Of a stretch of DNA of 52,386 nucleotides, positions 24,601-37,401 are shown piece after piece. Below the pieces are notes generated by a model, which saw only the letters and a program-made list of their open reading frames with translations, was not told the DNA's origin and did not search any database. Origin of the DNA: Octopus bimaculoides (taxonomy: Eukaryota); assembly GCF_001194135.2 (NCBI RefSeq), contig NC_068983.1, forward strand, positions 4,632,397 through 4,684,782, read 5' to 3'. The position numbers and the translations under genes are program-made. Numbering within the stretch: the first letter of the stretch is position 1; each line of letters begins with the position of its first letter.

Positions 24601-27488
24601 GACTGAAACAACAAAGAATTTTAATTTAAATTACTACTAAAAATTTTTTTTTTTTAAAAGATATTTCTTGAAAATGCTGTTACTCATTTGATTTTGTTGC
24701 TGCGAATTAGACTGCAGACTCACCATTAATAGCTATATTTTAATTTAGCAATCCTTCTTCTCTTCATTCTCTTCATTGTTTAAATATTATTATTGCTTAA
24801 AAGAAATTTGATTTCTTAGCACAATTTTATCTCTCGCACACACACTGCCTGTCTCCCCAGTGGTTGTTCCAGTGTGCCTCCCTTACCATCCTCCAGGGCA
24901 ACACCTTTTCCATTTCGGCTGCAGGGACCATGAGGCAGACTGACAAGTCAGATGTCCCTTAAATATAATGTCTATTAGTACAACACTCTACTCCCCAGTA
25001 ACAACATTTCTCCATTGTTTTAATGTTCATTTTCTCATACTTGAAATCTCATGATTGGGAAGCAAACCCCTTAACCATCATGACCGTACCTGCTTCTGTA
25101 CTGATGTATTTCAGCATATTTATATCCTCCCATTCCAGTCCTCTTTCCATATATATTGGAACTTCTTTTTGTTTTGCATTGTCAGAACCTGTTGTTTATT
25201 CTACACAAGTAGTTCTCAATGGGACAGTGGAGGTCAAACAACATATTCACCGATGCACTTTGCATAGAGTTAAAAACAAAGACAAAACACTCTTTTAGTG
25301 TTTCGGTTATTCTGTCAAATCTAATGCCTATTTATTCTCATTCATCGTCATTGTTTAACGTCCGTTTTCCATGCTGGCATGGGTTGGACAGTTTGACTGA
25401 GGACTGGCAAGCCAGAAGACTGCTCCAGGCTCCAATCTGATCTGGAAATGTTTCTAATGCCAACTACTCCGAGAGTGTAGCTGGTGCTTTTTACGTGCCA
25501 CTGGCACAGAGGCCAGTCAGTGGGTAACTGGCATCAGCCACATTCAGATGGTGCTTTTTATGTGCCACTGGACTGTTTTGTATTAATTATGCACTCTTTC
25601 ATAGTTGTGAGATTTCAGTGATGTGAATGTTTATTTTTAGAATGACTTTGTAGGGTTGGTGTGAGAGGCCAGATCTAGTTGCTTTGAACATAAAGCAGAC
25701 TATTTTGGCCAGATATGGCCATTTTAAATGCTAAAGAGATGAAGTTCAACATTTAAAGCGGAGAAATATTTAAAATGACTTAAGATATCTGTAACCCATA
25801 CCAACATGGAAAACAGATGTTAAACAATAAAGATGAACATTTTCTTAAGGTGTTCAACAGTATGGATTATATAAAGCTTAGAATATTTTTAAAAAATACA
25901 AAAAACCCCACTGCTCGTCTACATAATCTTTGTAGCCTCTTATCTCTTTCCATCTCTCTCTCTCCTCCCCCCTACTGATGTAGCCATGTATCTCCTTTAT
26001 TCATTCTCTAACCGCTCATCACCTGGCACAGAACCGCCACCTTTGATACTACTCCCCCCACCCCACCTCAGTTGAGAAGTCCTGTCTAAGTTACTTGGTG
26101 ACCTTGCTGGAGCCATGTAAAAAGCACTTAGTACACTTTCTGTAAAGTGTTTGGTTTTAGGAAGGGCATCCAGCCATAGAAAGTAGGGACTATGCCAAAG
26201 CAGACAGTTGAACTTAACTCTTCTGACTCACCAACTCCTGTCAAACCCACTTTTTTAAAACTTTGTACAGTCAACTATTTCCATAGCACACAAACACTTA
26301 CTGCAATACCAGATAGGAATTTTTAGGTGAAATACCATACTCTTATTGTATTGGTGCCATTGAGAAAATAATTGTTACAACTTATATTCTTACCTAAATC
26401 TCTGGCTTCTTGCCAAATATAAAGAAGGAAAACTACTGAAATTCAGATTTCTAATGTTGAAATACTGCCATATTATATCCTCGTTACTGATTTGTTGCAC
26501 AAATATTTAGTCATTTGAAGCTGTAATATTTATAATCTTTTAGGCGCTTGGTGACCCTGTCAGTGCTGGTGTCACACAAAAGTACTGGTGATGGTGCCAT
26601 ATGAAAAGCATTGGTACTTGTACCACATAAAGAAGTACCCATTACATTCTGTAAAACAGTTGGCATTAGGAGGAGCATCCAGCTGTAGAAACCAAACCAA
26701 AGCAGGCAAAAGAACCTGGTGAGGCCCCTGGCCTTGCCAGCTTCTGTCAAACCGTCCAACCCATGATAAGTAGTCCATTGGTGTCCGATGACAACAAAGT
26801 CTGTGCTCTCAGCGATGAGAGTGCATGCAACTCCACAGTCTGAAGCTGACAGCACACGAGTGTCTACAGTGATAATCTTTTGACTGGATTGAGGCAAGTG
26901 CTGTGTTGAGACATTGTTGCCAGTCCTCATCGAAGGCAGTTGCTGTTTGTGAGGTGAGAGAACGTCAAATGATGATGATGTGTTGATGGGAGTTTCTTTT
27001 CTAAATGTAACTAGAAACTCAAGAGTGTTAAAGTTTTCTCAACATAAAATATAGAGTTAAACTGGGTGAGTAGATACCATATTTGGTTACCAGTTCATCT
27101 TATCCTTATGCCATACACCACTCTTGGTTTGTGTAGCTGGTTCTAATCCTCTGTAGATTTTCATTGAACAAGTCAATGTATTTTATGTCTCAACCCATAT
27201 TCCACTTGAAAGGGTAAACCTGTTTTTGGTGGGGGTAAAATCAAGTGAGCTGATCCCCTATTTTAATGCATGTGATATTGCCCTGGATCCTAAATATGAA
27301 CCTCAGATATCAGTAATGTTCTTTCAGGAAGAAGTTCTACCAATAGCAGGCCATCATCGTAAAGTTAGAAAATCTATGTTCCCTAGGACATGATATATCA
27401 AAATAATTACCACAGTTCTCTCCTGAGATACTGTACATCAAAATATCTAGGACACAGTGCATTTTAGTATATAGTATAGGTCTGTACT

Positions 27489-27870
27489 GTGGAAGCGCAA
27501 TGGCCCAGTGGTTAGGGCAGCAGACTGGCGGTCGTGGGATCGTGGTTTCGATTCCCAGACCAGGCATTGTGAGTGTTTATTGAGCAAAAACACCTAAAGC
27601 TCCACGAGGCTCTGGCAGGGGATGGTGGCGAACCCTGCTGTACTCTTTCACCACAACTTTCTCTCACTCTTTCTTCCTGTTTCTGTTGTGCCTGTAATGC
27701 AAAAGGGCCAGCCTTGTCACACTGTGTCATGCTGAATCTTACTGAGAAGTACGTTAAGGGTACACATGTCTGTGGAGTGGTCAGCCATTTGTGTGTTAAT
27801 TTCACGAGCAGGCTGTTCCGTTGATCGGATCAACTGGAACCCTCGTTGTCGTAACCGAAAGAGTACCACG
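27489..27870 (+). mobile_element. full-length tRNA-derived SINE with 11-bp TSD
   Basis: A-box TGGCCCAGTGG (27501), B-box GGTTTCGATTCC (27544), TSD AGGTCTGTACT at 27478-27488 and 27871-27881. Confidence 0.88.
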
Positions 27871-29343
27871 AGGTCTGTACTATGAGAACTATAGCACATG
27901 TAGTGTTAGTTATGGCAATGCCTCATAACAGCAGTTCTCTTTCCATTCTGTGACCCTCATTCTAGATATCAGCAAAACCATTTACTGCAGGGGTGGGGAG
28001 TCAGTGAATGAGAAAGTGGGGGGGGGTCAGCACGCTCCTTCTCCCCCAGTGGGTGGGGTGGTACTAGAAAGAAAACTAAAGATGAAACTGAGGGAGCAGA
28101 ACAAACCTTCAAAGTAACATGTCGAAAAGGTTGCAAGAGGGGTCAGGAGGTAAGAGATAGAAGTAGGGGCTGAAGGTAGTCAATTGTGAGGATGGGGTGC
28201 AGTGGAAGTACAAGGCTTAAAAAAAATACTGGGATCAATTCATTCAGATAAAATATCCTTCAAGGTGGTGCCCTAGCATGGCTGCACTCTAATGTCTGAA
28301 ATAAAAAAGAAAAAAAAAGTAAATAAAATTAAAAACGGTGCTGGAATAAATCTTCTAGTGAAATATTTTTGTGTCAATAATGGTTCTTCTTCTTGGCTGC
28401 TTTTTTTCTACAGCAAATATTTTAAACTTATTGCTAATAACATATTTCGGTATGGCTGATGCCTCCTATACATCATGTATCTAGTTCTGTTTTATCTCAC
28501 CATCTCTTATCTTTACATTTAATCATACTGTTGTTGTGGAACATTAGTTATATTCTATATTTTGATAATATGATTTTTATCTCCATTAAATAAACCAGAT
28601 ATTTCAATATTATGTTCACACTATTTGCTCTCGTTATCTGATTTAGCTTAATAACTGTCTGGTTTGCTTTTCCCTCTATTGTGATACAAACCTGCAATAA
28701 TTGTATAAATTAGCTTAAATTATCCAAATTGCTTGGCCTTGTTTTTATACAAGCAAGCAATTTTTGCATAAATTTGTTTAAATTATCCAAATTCTCTTTC
28801 CTACATGAAGATTTTCATTATATTTTTTATGCCTGTTTTTCCATCTAGCATGGGTTAGATGAGTATGCAATTGAGGCATTGTTTTACAATCAGGTATCCT
28901 TTCTGCTGCAAACCCTTACATGCTTTTCAAAGAAGGGATTTCTTATTTTACTTGTCTTCATAGGAGTAGGGCAAACAGACAGGTTGTTGACAGAAGTGAC
29001 AATATCACTGATTGCAAAAGTGGCTTTCACAGAGCACATACGAATGTAAATGCACACATGCATGTGCTTGCATACATTTGATGACCTTTCGGTCTCTGTG
29101 TGCCAAATTCACAAGGCTTTGGTCATGCTGGGGCTATAGTAGGAGGCAATTCTCCAAGGTGCAGTGCATTGGGACTGAACCCAAAACCATAACAATTGGG
29201 AAACAAACTTCTTGACCACCCAGCTATTTCTAAACGTGTATTAATTGGGAGGTTAAAATATTTACTAATTGCTATGAAATGCATGTGTGTGTGTATAGTT
29301 GTTTATATAACCATTAATGTTTTTTTTTTTTATTTCTTTTCAG

Positions 29344-29537
29344 TGGTTAGGTTTTTCCAAGAATATAGTGAACCAGAAGAAGGTGGAGAAACAATCAGCC
29401 AGCCACCTTCTCGTCGGGACATCAATCCTCTCCATCCTCCTCCGGCTGGTCCCTCTGAAGAAAACGTTTTGCTTCCTCTGCCAGAGAACACACTCAACTG
29501 TAATTTAGGGATACCTATTGTAGTACTTGTAACAAAA
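29344..29537 (+). CDS. DYNC1LI1/2 (Dlic): Dlic coding exon 5 (194 nt): (L)VRFFQEYSEPEEGGETISQPPSRRDINPLHPPPAGPSEENVLLPLPENTLNCNLGIPIVVLVTK
   Basis: Long T tract plus cAG, GTAAGT donor; FQEY.EP and LPL...TL..NLGIP.VV..TK LIC motifs. Confidence 0.96.
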
Positions 29538-29869
29538 GTAAGTACCCTACTCTCTAAGTCCTTCATGACTATATTTGTCCGAGACCAGGGGTTGGCAAAG
29601 TGGTAATTAATATTGACTCCTGGGGGTGGGGTGGGGTCTTTGTGGCCATCCAAGCATTTGATAAACATCTGGAATGTTTTCTAGCATTGAGGGTGCTGAA
29701 TTGTTAAACCTGGAAGTGTCAGGTAACTTAAGGCTAAAACTCATTAGTTTCCAGCCAACACAATACAATAACTATTCATCCATTTTCTCCACCCACTATT
29801 CTAGAGATAGTCATTGGGGGTAGCATCCTTGAGTATCTCTCCCATGGGATCCTTTCAGAAGCAACTGTC

Positions 29870-30050
29870 ATTACACTTTCTGGCTGGATTCTCAAGCATG
29901 ACTAACTGAGATTAAGAGTATTATGCAACCATTTTGTTCTTGACCTAATCACATGTTCATCATACCAGAACTGACCTCTCAATGTGGAGAAGTGGCAACT
30001 CAATCTGGAGAGAGTCTTTTATCTTCAAGCTATGCGCTCTGTTGAGTAAC
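29870..30050 (+). pseudogene. possible Penelope-like GIY-YIG C-terminal relic
   Basis: Fragments CNHFVL / PNH and WRESFIFKLCAL resemble the HF..PNH and RE...IFKL.TL motifs; frameshifted. Confidence 0.3.
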
Positions 30051-30242
30051 GTTACTCCAGAGATCCGTCAGTGAAATCCCATTTTGGCTGCTTGTATTCA
30101 CAATTGTACTCTTTCAGTCATTACCTGATATTCATGACTGGAGCCTGGTGCAGCCATCTGGTTCACCGATCCTCAGTCAAATTGTCCAACCCATGCTAGC
30201 ATGGAAAGCGGACGTTAAACAATGATGATGATGATGATGATG

Positions 30243-30735
30243 AGAGGCGAGGACAAGCATTGAAACTGAATTGAAGATGGTAAGCTTGGCTTTTTTGCCA
30301 ACCTCTCTTCTTTTGAGGATTGAACGCTGGAATTGGCACATTACTGAGCCAACACTTGTAATTCTAGCGTCCAGTTTAGCCTCCTTCTTCCCACCACTCG
30401 TGAATATGATCCTGAGATACTTAAACTTTTCCATGTCTCGTTGATGTCACTAATATGCAGAGTGTGCTCTAAGATGAGGTTCTGGAGAGGACCAGTGTCT
30501 CAGTTTTTGCAACATTCTTGTTCCTGCCTTGCATCACTCGGCAGCAAACTCGTTCAGTGCATGTTGGAGATCACCTTCTGAAGAGCCATGTTTGTGACAC
30601 CATGTCGTTTGCTGATATCACCCAACCGGTTCTTCATCCATCCATCGTGGCCCCACTTCCACAGTGTCTGCACATATCTGTGCAGTTCATAAAAATTCTG
30701 GAAAGGAGGGGTGACAATACACACCTTTGCTGAAG
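30243..30735 (-). pseudogene. degraded RTE-like reverse transcriptase fragment
   Basis: Minus frames QRCVLSPLLF..., SEGDLQHALNEFAAE, KTETLVLS, EKFKYLRIIFTSGGKKEAKLDARI...KAKLTIFNS. Confidence 0.7.
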
Positions 30736-30780
30736 TCCAACATCCACATTGAAAGGCTTAGACTAAACTCCATTTGCATT

Positions 30781-31042
30781 ATGTACATTATTTACATTTG
30801 ACGGATATTTGTCCTCATCTTGTTTGTTGTTAACACATTTCGGCTGATATGCCATCCAACCTTCATCGGGTGTCTTGGGGAAATTTCGAACTTGGGTTCT
30901 CGTTCCTAAGGCATTTTTCAATGTTATTATTATTATTTAGGCCACTGCCTATAATCGAACTCAGAATCTTGGGGTTAGTAGCCCATGCTCTTAACCACTA
31001 CGCCATATGCCCGTAGCGTAGTGGTTAAGAGCACGGGCTACT
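30781..31042 (-). mobile_element. tRNA-headed, hammerhead-bearing SINE (copy 2) with inverted duplication of its head
   Basis: Reverse complement collinear with 40646-40892; 27-bp inverted arms at 30977-31003 and 31016-31042. Confidence 0.8.
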
Positions 31043-33094
31043 GGTGATAAATATTAGCCAAATAATCTCTGTAAAGTCATAATTCACTCTCAGGACACAT
31101 TCGATAATGTGGCCCTACTTGTTTTTAAAATAAATGGTTGACTGGAACACTTTCGATCAGATGTTTGTTTGGTCTGGGTTGATTTGGAGTTTCACTACAG
31201 ATATTTTATCATAATTTTAGACAAAAATAAGAGAAATAACTTGGTGGCCAGTGGCATGTTTTTGAACAACAGACTATTACAGGTTTATCAAATAGCATAT
31301 TACATAGATTCTTGATTTATTACACATTATCTCTGCCTCTAAGAGATGTCTCATAATTACCAAAAGGCAGTTAACTTCACTTGAGAAAGGGAGATAATCT
31401 CAAGATTGAAGAGTTCTCCAAAATTGACATGTCATTAAAGAAAAGAAGATTAGGGGACAGTTGTGAACATGTTTCTCTGACCTTTTTGCTGTTCATTAAA
31501 TTTTCATTTGAACACAATCATTTCGTGCATTCTTTGATAATACATTTCAGTTCTACTTGTCTTTTTCTCATCTCTCAGAGATTCTAACCAGCAAGAATGG
31601 CTGAAAACATCTAAGACAGTAATTGCCATTTTCTGCTTCAAAACAGAACTTGCTCAGAGACGGAAATCTTTTAGTCATTTCAATCATTATGTCTCTACAT
31701 AATGTATGAAAATGGTTTCAGTATTATCTGGTCCCTTCATATTGTTTTCTGTCTGTAAAAATTGAAATAGCAATGATACTGCACTACATGAATAAAAATC
31801 CTTTACAAGATCCAGATTTATCAGGAATAATTCCAAGTTCAGCACATCAACTTGGTCTTTGTGCATTTTGTTTGTCATGCAAAGTCAAGAATCCTGATAT
31901 CTCTATGAAAATAATAAATTTATGTAATTGTAGATAAGTGGTTTGTGTGTAATGTTGGCCTTCAGTAACCCTTGAGGCATAAATGCATGGGTATGTTGGG
32001 AGCCTATCTTTTTGAGTGGTAGTTGTTTAACTCCAGGTCATTCTTCATCATTTAACATGCCTCTTGTCTGCTGGTATGGGTTGGACGGTTTCATAGGATC
32101 GAGCAAGCCACGGGACTGCCTTTAGCTCCATTGTCTGCTTAGGCATTGTTTCTATGCCGACCGCTTTGCAGTATGTTGGGTGCTTTTTCCTCATTCAACC
32201 AGCACTAGCAAGAGGGGAGAAAGGGGAAGATAAGCTCACCCTGCTGTGGGGTGGAGGCAGAGGTAGTTTTTTGCTAGGTGTTGAGGGGCTAAAGTATGAT
32301 AGAGGTGTTTGGCTATTGAGGGGATGCACGGCTACCCCACATTATATAAGAGTAGGTGGTTGTAGCTGGGGGAAGTTAAAGATGGTAGTGGTAGGGGACA
32401 GAACAAACTCCCAAGGTACAAGGTAAGCATAAGAGTGGATGGCCATGGCTATCCTGTATTTTTAATAGTATCTAGGTGAGGTTTAATTTGAGGGAAGTTT
32501 GGCTGTTGTTTCTTGCAAGTAAAGGTTCCCTTATTGGTTCATTCATTATATTTCAGTTGATGTTATGTAGTCCATGGCCCCTGGTGATTTCTGCAATCAA
32601 TTACGCCAGTTACTGTCTTTTTATAGGAAACTAATTTCCTGTTTGTCCGTAACATAATCCTCCTCCTCCCTGTATTCCTGTAACTTTAGTCAATGACAAA
32701 AGATGTTTGAGATAAAATGATTGAAGTATTTTAGATTGTGTGGGATTGAAGAAAGAAGTTGGCTGGCTTCTTGCACAATTGTAAAACTTGTTTATTCCAA
32801 TTATCTGTGTGAGATTAAGACGTTGGACGAGAGGTTCCATTCGTCATCACTTCATCATTGCAGCTGAATAGGATAAATAACCTGTGTGTCAGGCTACTTG
32901 CCTGACAATGAGGTTCCACTCTCATTTCACAATTGAGCATTTAGAAGAGAGAGAAATGTCTTGGAAAAAGAAATAAAACAAGGCCCAACCCATTATAGTA
33001 TGATGGAGGGGATGGAAATCTGTTAAAAATTAATAATTAAATTATAATTATTTCTGGCTGTAATTACTGATCTGATTTTCTTTTTACTTTTCAG

Positions 33095-33188
33095 ACTGAT
33101 ACTATTTCTGTTTTGGAGAAGGAACATGATTATAAAGAAGAACATTTTGACTTTATCCAGCAACATTTGAGGAAATTTTGTTTAAACT
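33095..33188 (+). CDS. DYNC1LI1/2 (Dlic): Dlic coding exon 6 (94 nt): [31 protein letters not shown](Y)
   Basis: tttcAG acceptor; LEKEHDY..EHFDFIQ.H.RKFCL motif; ends at the U12-type donor GTATCCTTC. Confidence 0.97.
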
Positions 33189-34989
33189 GTATCCTTCAGC
33201 AAGAAATATGTTTATCAATGTGCTGGTTGGGATATTTTAAGGGCTTTACACACAGTTTCAGGGGAAGTGTCTTTAACTATAGTCATGGACCAGCCAAAGC
33301 TTTGTGAGTGAATTTGGTAGAGGGAAACTGAAAGAAGCCTGTTTGTGTACGTACTCTCCAAATGTTGTGAGTTATGAGCAATTGTCTTATGATAACAACT
33401 CCTCTGCCAGATTTACACCCTTTGAATATGTGTAAAATGAAGGGTTACTGACAGAAAGGACATCTGGTTGTAAAATTAAAGCCTTTTTTCAACTTGAAGA
33501 AAAATGGCACTCATTCGGTTACGATGACAAGTGTTCCAGTTGATCCGATCAGTGGAACAGCCTGCTCATGAAATTAACATGCACGTGGCTGAGTACTCCT
33601 CAGACATGTATACCTTTAATGCTGTTCTCTGGGAGATTCAGTTTGACACAGAATGTGGCAAGGCTGGCCCTTTGATTGTCAGATGAATGGTCTGTAACAT
33701 GAAATAAAGTGCCTTGCTCAAGGCTAAGATGCTCTGCCAGAAATCAAACCCCTGACCTTAGGATCTTGAGCCTAATACCCTAACCACTAAGCCAACATGC
33801 TTTTCACTTTGTCTAACTTGTGCTGGCATGGAATAACAGATGTAACATTGAACAAACGGGGTTAGATCTTTGTGTATTTAGGTCCACAAGGGCCTCTTGT
33901 GGCAGCTTGGGATAAGGTTTGGACAGAACAATTTCACTGTCTTTATCATTCTTCAGGACTAAATCCCTCTGGATATGAACCCTTATATAAAACCCACAGT
34001 GTATTCTGCCCCCCCCCCCCAAAAGTCCTTTGTGAGCCAAATTTCACTGCAGACCAGACATGTTGTTGTGACTCCATGGATATTTATTAAAGTTAGAGGT
34101 CTTCCTGGTTCAAAGTGATGCAGTTTCAGTTTATGCTTCCTTACTTTCAAATTCTTATAATTTGTGTCTGACAGAATTTACTGTATTGATAATTATCATC
34201 CTCCTCATCGTTATTGAGAGAGAGAAAGACAGTGAGCTGGCAGAATCATTAGCACGCTGGGCGAAATACTTACTGGTACTTCGTCTGTCGCTATGTTCTG
34301 AGTTCAAATTTCGCCTAGGTCGACTTTGCCATTCATCCTTTTGGGGTTGATAAATTAAGTACGTGTGTAATCGACTATTCCGCCTCCCCAAAAATTTCAG
34401 GCCTTGTGCCTCTAGTAGAAAGGATTATTGAGAGAGAGCAGTGCATGCCATCAAAGTGACACTGGGGTATAAATATATGAAGCCCAATACACCCATCATG
34501 ACTACCTGTCTGATAAGGGTACATTAACCATCTGCATCACAACCTCATGTGCACGACATGGTGACTTCATATCAAGATGAATGGCACATCCTGCTCAAAA
34601 GGTCCCTGAATAAGGGTTGTTTGAGGATAGTGAATGAAAAACCCATGTTTCCAAGGATGAATTCTTCGAACCCCGAAGAACAAATGGCTATTGATTCTTT
34701 CCTACTACATCCGCTCGCGATCAGAGATGCACATATTGTCAGCCACTAAGGGACATGCTCAGTTGGTTATAGTCAAGCAACTGACAACCAAATTTGGTAT
34801 TGAGCAGAATATTTGCTGTAGCCCATCTTTTACACCAATACAAAATCTGTACATAACCCTTCCAAGATCAGAACTCTGAGGGCCACTGCACTGGTAGTAT
34901 TATTATTATTATTATTATTATTAGAAGGAGGAGGAGGAGGTTTGTTTGGAGAAAAAGAATCTTGGATTTCAGCAGTTGATAGAGTTCTG

Positions 34990-35816
34990 TAGCATTCCAA
35001 CAGATGGCAGCACATGTTTGTGACCTTCACTCAGCGGTGTACCAAGTGACATCACTATGTTTACTTTTCAAGTTGTGAACTTTGTGTTCACGTGGGTCTG
35101 CTGTAGTCTGTGATTTCTTCATGGACAAGAACAAAGAGCCAACGTAAGATTTAGTGTTAAACTTGAAAAGTCTGCTACAGAGACATTGAGCATACCTCAG
35201 CAAGCTTACAGCGACGAGGCAATGGGTCATATGCAATGTTTTGAGTGACACGGGTGCTTCAAAAACAGAAGACCTGTCACAAGCGTCACCCCCCCCCCCC
35301 NNNNNNNNNNNNNNNNNNNNNAGAAATGTAGTATTGTGCATCTAGAATTCTTCCCTTGGGCAGGCCATCAATCTAGAGTTCTACTGCGACATTTTGAAGC
35401 ATTTGAAAGAGGACATTCGACGAAAGCAACCAGATCTGTGGAGCACGAAGAATTGGTTTCTTCACAGAGCCTTTCTCACTTGGGAATTTCTCGGCAAAAA
35501 CAACATTGTATCACTTGTTTACCTGCCCTATTTCCCAGATTTAACACATGGGGACTTCCATCTCTTCTCCAAGATAAAAATGTAGCACAAAGGTCACCAT
35601 TTTAACACGGTTGTCGAGATCCAGAGAGACTCACAGAAGATCCTCGACTTCCTTCTGGAAAATTACTGCCCAGCCGAGTTCCAAAAATGGCAGGAACACA
35701 AGGACCGGTATATTGCTGTGCAAGGTTACTATTTCGAAGAAGACGATTTTAAAACTTAGCTAAATGGTTTATTTTTTTAAACATAACTATTCTGGGAACC
35801 TTTTGATGCCACCTCC
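34990..35816 (+). mobile_element. mariner transposon relic, internally deleted
   Basis: EQRANVRFSVKLEKSATETL...AYSDEAM...CFE*H from about 35129; C-terminal VHLEF..., LKHLKEDIRRKQP, YFPDLTHGDFHLFSKIK; TIR-like end followed by TA at 35817. Confidence 0.85.
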
Positions 35817-35932
35817 TACATTCCAATCTCCAAACTATTGCAGTAATTATTAGCATGGGAAAAATAAATGTATAGTGATTTTCCAAGATATTTACTATAA
35901 AATGATGTACTATTTGACCAATGTATTATATA

Positions 35933-36165
35933 TTGGGTTGGTGCATAATTATTGTGGCTTTTTTTTTCAACAAATTTTATTCAACAAAAACAATAACATG
36001 TAAAAGAAAACATCTTTAAATGATTATTCCGGAGCATATTCACCATCTACTTCAATTACTGCTTCCCATTTGCTTGGTAGACAGTCGTCAGACTGTCATT
36101 TAAAGATGTTTTTGTTAAATATTGTTAGTGTTGAAAAAAGCTGCAATAATTATGCACCAGCCCAA
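35933..36165 (-). mobile_element. mariner-derived MITE (233 bp)
   Basis: About 26-bp imperfect TIRs TTGGG(T/C)TGGTGCATAATTATTG, TA on both sides; minus strand retains the transposase tail LPSKWEAVIEVDGEYAPE*. Confidence 0.85.
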
Positions 36166-36206
36166 TATAAAATGTGAGATGTCGTAAGCTTTCTTTAACC
36201 CTGAAG

Positions 36207-36342
36207 ATGGTGCTGCCCTAATATATACATCTGTGAAAGAGGAAAAGAACTGTGATCTTCTGTTTAAGTATTTGGTCCACAGGATATATGGATTTTCATT
36301 CTCAATGCCTGCATATGTGGTAGAAAAAGATTCTGTGTTTGT
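36207..36342 (+). CDS. DYNC1LI1/2 (Dlic): Dlic coding exon 7 (136 nt): [45 protein letters not shown](V)
   Basis: [14 protein letters not shown] is a hallmark LIC motif; GTAAGT donor. Confidence 0.97.
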
Positions 36343-37401
36343 GTAAGTGTTTATTTGGTTTCTCTTTCCTTCCCCCCTCATCTTAAAATGTCTTCTATAA
36401 AAACTGTTTTATATTGTTGTGATTGCTGGAAAGTCTAGATCACTTCTGATTATGTATATGGGGTTTTATGATTTAGAAGTGCTGGTGCCAATGTAAAAAG
36501 GTACCCAGTACACTTTTTGTAAAGAGGTTAGCATTAGAAAAAACAGAAACCATTCCAAAACAAAGGAACCTGCTACAACTCCTGGCCTTGCCATTTCCTG
36601 TCGAGCCATTCCACCCATGTCAGCATGGAAAACTGACATTAAATGATGATGAACTTGCCTCGCTTAAAAATGCCATTTTACTCCCGCTTTCTATGGGTTG
36701 GAAGGTCAGTTCTTATTTGGGACCACTACCCTCCATAGTGTGGCAAATGGCCCCTACTCCTCTCATTTGTTTCCTTTTTGACATAGTTCCTACAATAAGA
36801 CATCCTTCATGACACCAACCACTTTATGTATTTTGGTGCAAGGCCAGCAATATCAGGGAGGAGTTATTTTATCGACCCCCACCAAAAGGATGAAAGGTAA
36901 AGCTGATATTGCTGGCCTTGCGCCAAAATTTGAAACAAATTGTTTCTTTGCTGAATTTAACAGGTGAACTAACTTCCATGGAAATGGTGTTCGTTCATCT
37001 TCCAGTGGTTGATGTCATTCCTCTTGCAAATTATGACATAATTAGCAAAATTTATGCTTCAGGGCCACTGCTTTAAAATGGAGTTTCTTTTGGAGGAGAC
37101 TTGTTAACAAAGAAAACAATTGTAATTCTCAGGTTTTACTCTTATGCCTGGGAAGGCTTCTATAGTTGACTTGTCGTTAATATAAGTTGGCATAGGATCC
37201 TGTAACCTGTTAAGTGCTGTTTAATCTTTTGACCTCCTTGAATCCGTCTCTGTTAAACAGCTTATTTGTTGTAGAAAGCTAAAGTTGTTATCTGAAGGTA
37301 AAACTATTGGGACTCTGCCAGTAAATAGCAGTTTCAGTGACAGAAAGTCGGTGAGCCATTTCCCAAGATGTTATTAAGTCTTTTAACTTAACCTCCATTA
37401 T

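Larger units (their letters stand above)
33189..36206 (+). other. U12-type (minor spliceosome) GT-AG intron, 3018 nt
   Basis: Donor GTATCCTTC; branch-site match TTCTTTAAC at 36191-36199, 9-10 nt from the AG; no polypyrimidine tract; boundaries fixed independently by the protein frame. Confidence 0.9.

Noticed and set aside
28894-28902. Another GTATCCTTT
   Set aside because: Lies in a decayed RTE-tail-like repeat far from any exon; a 9-mer like this is expected by chance in 52 kb.
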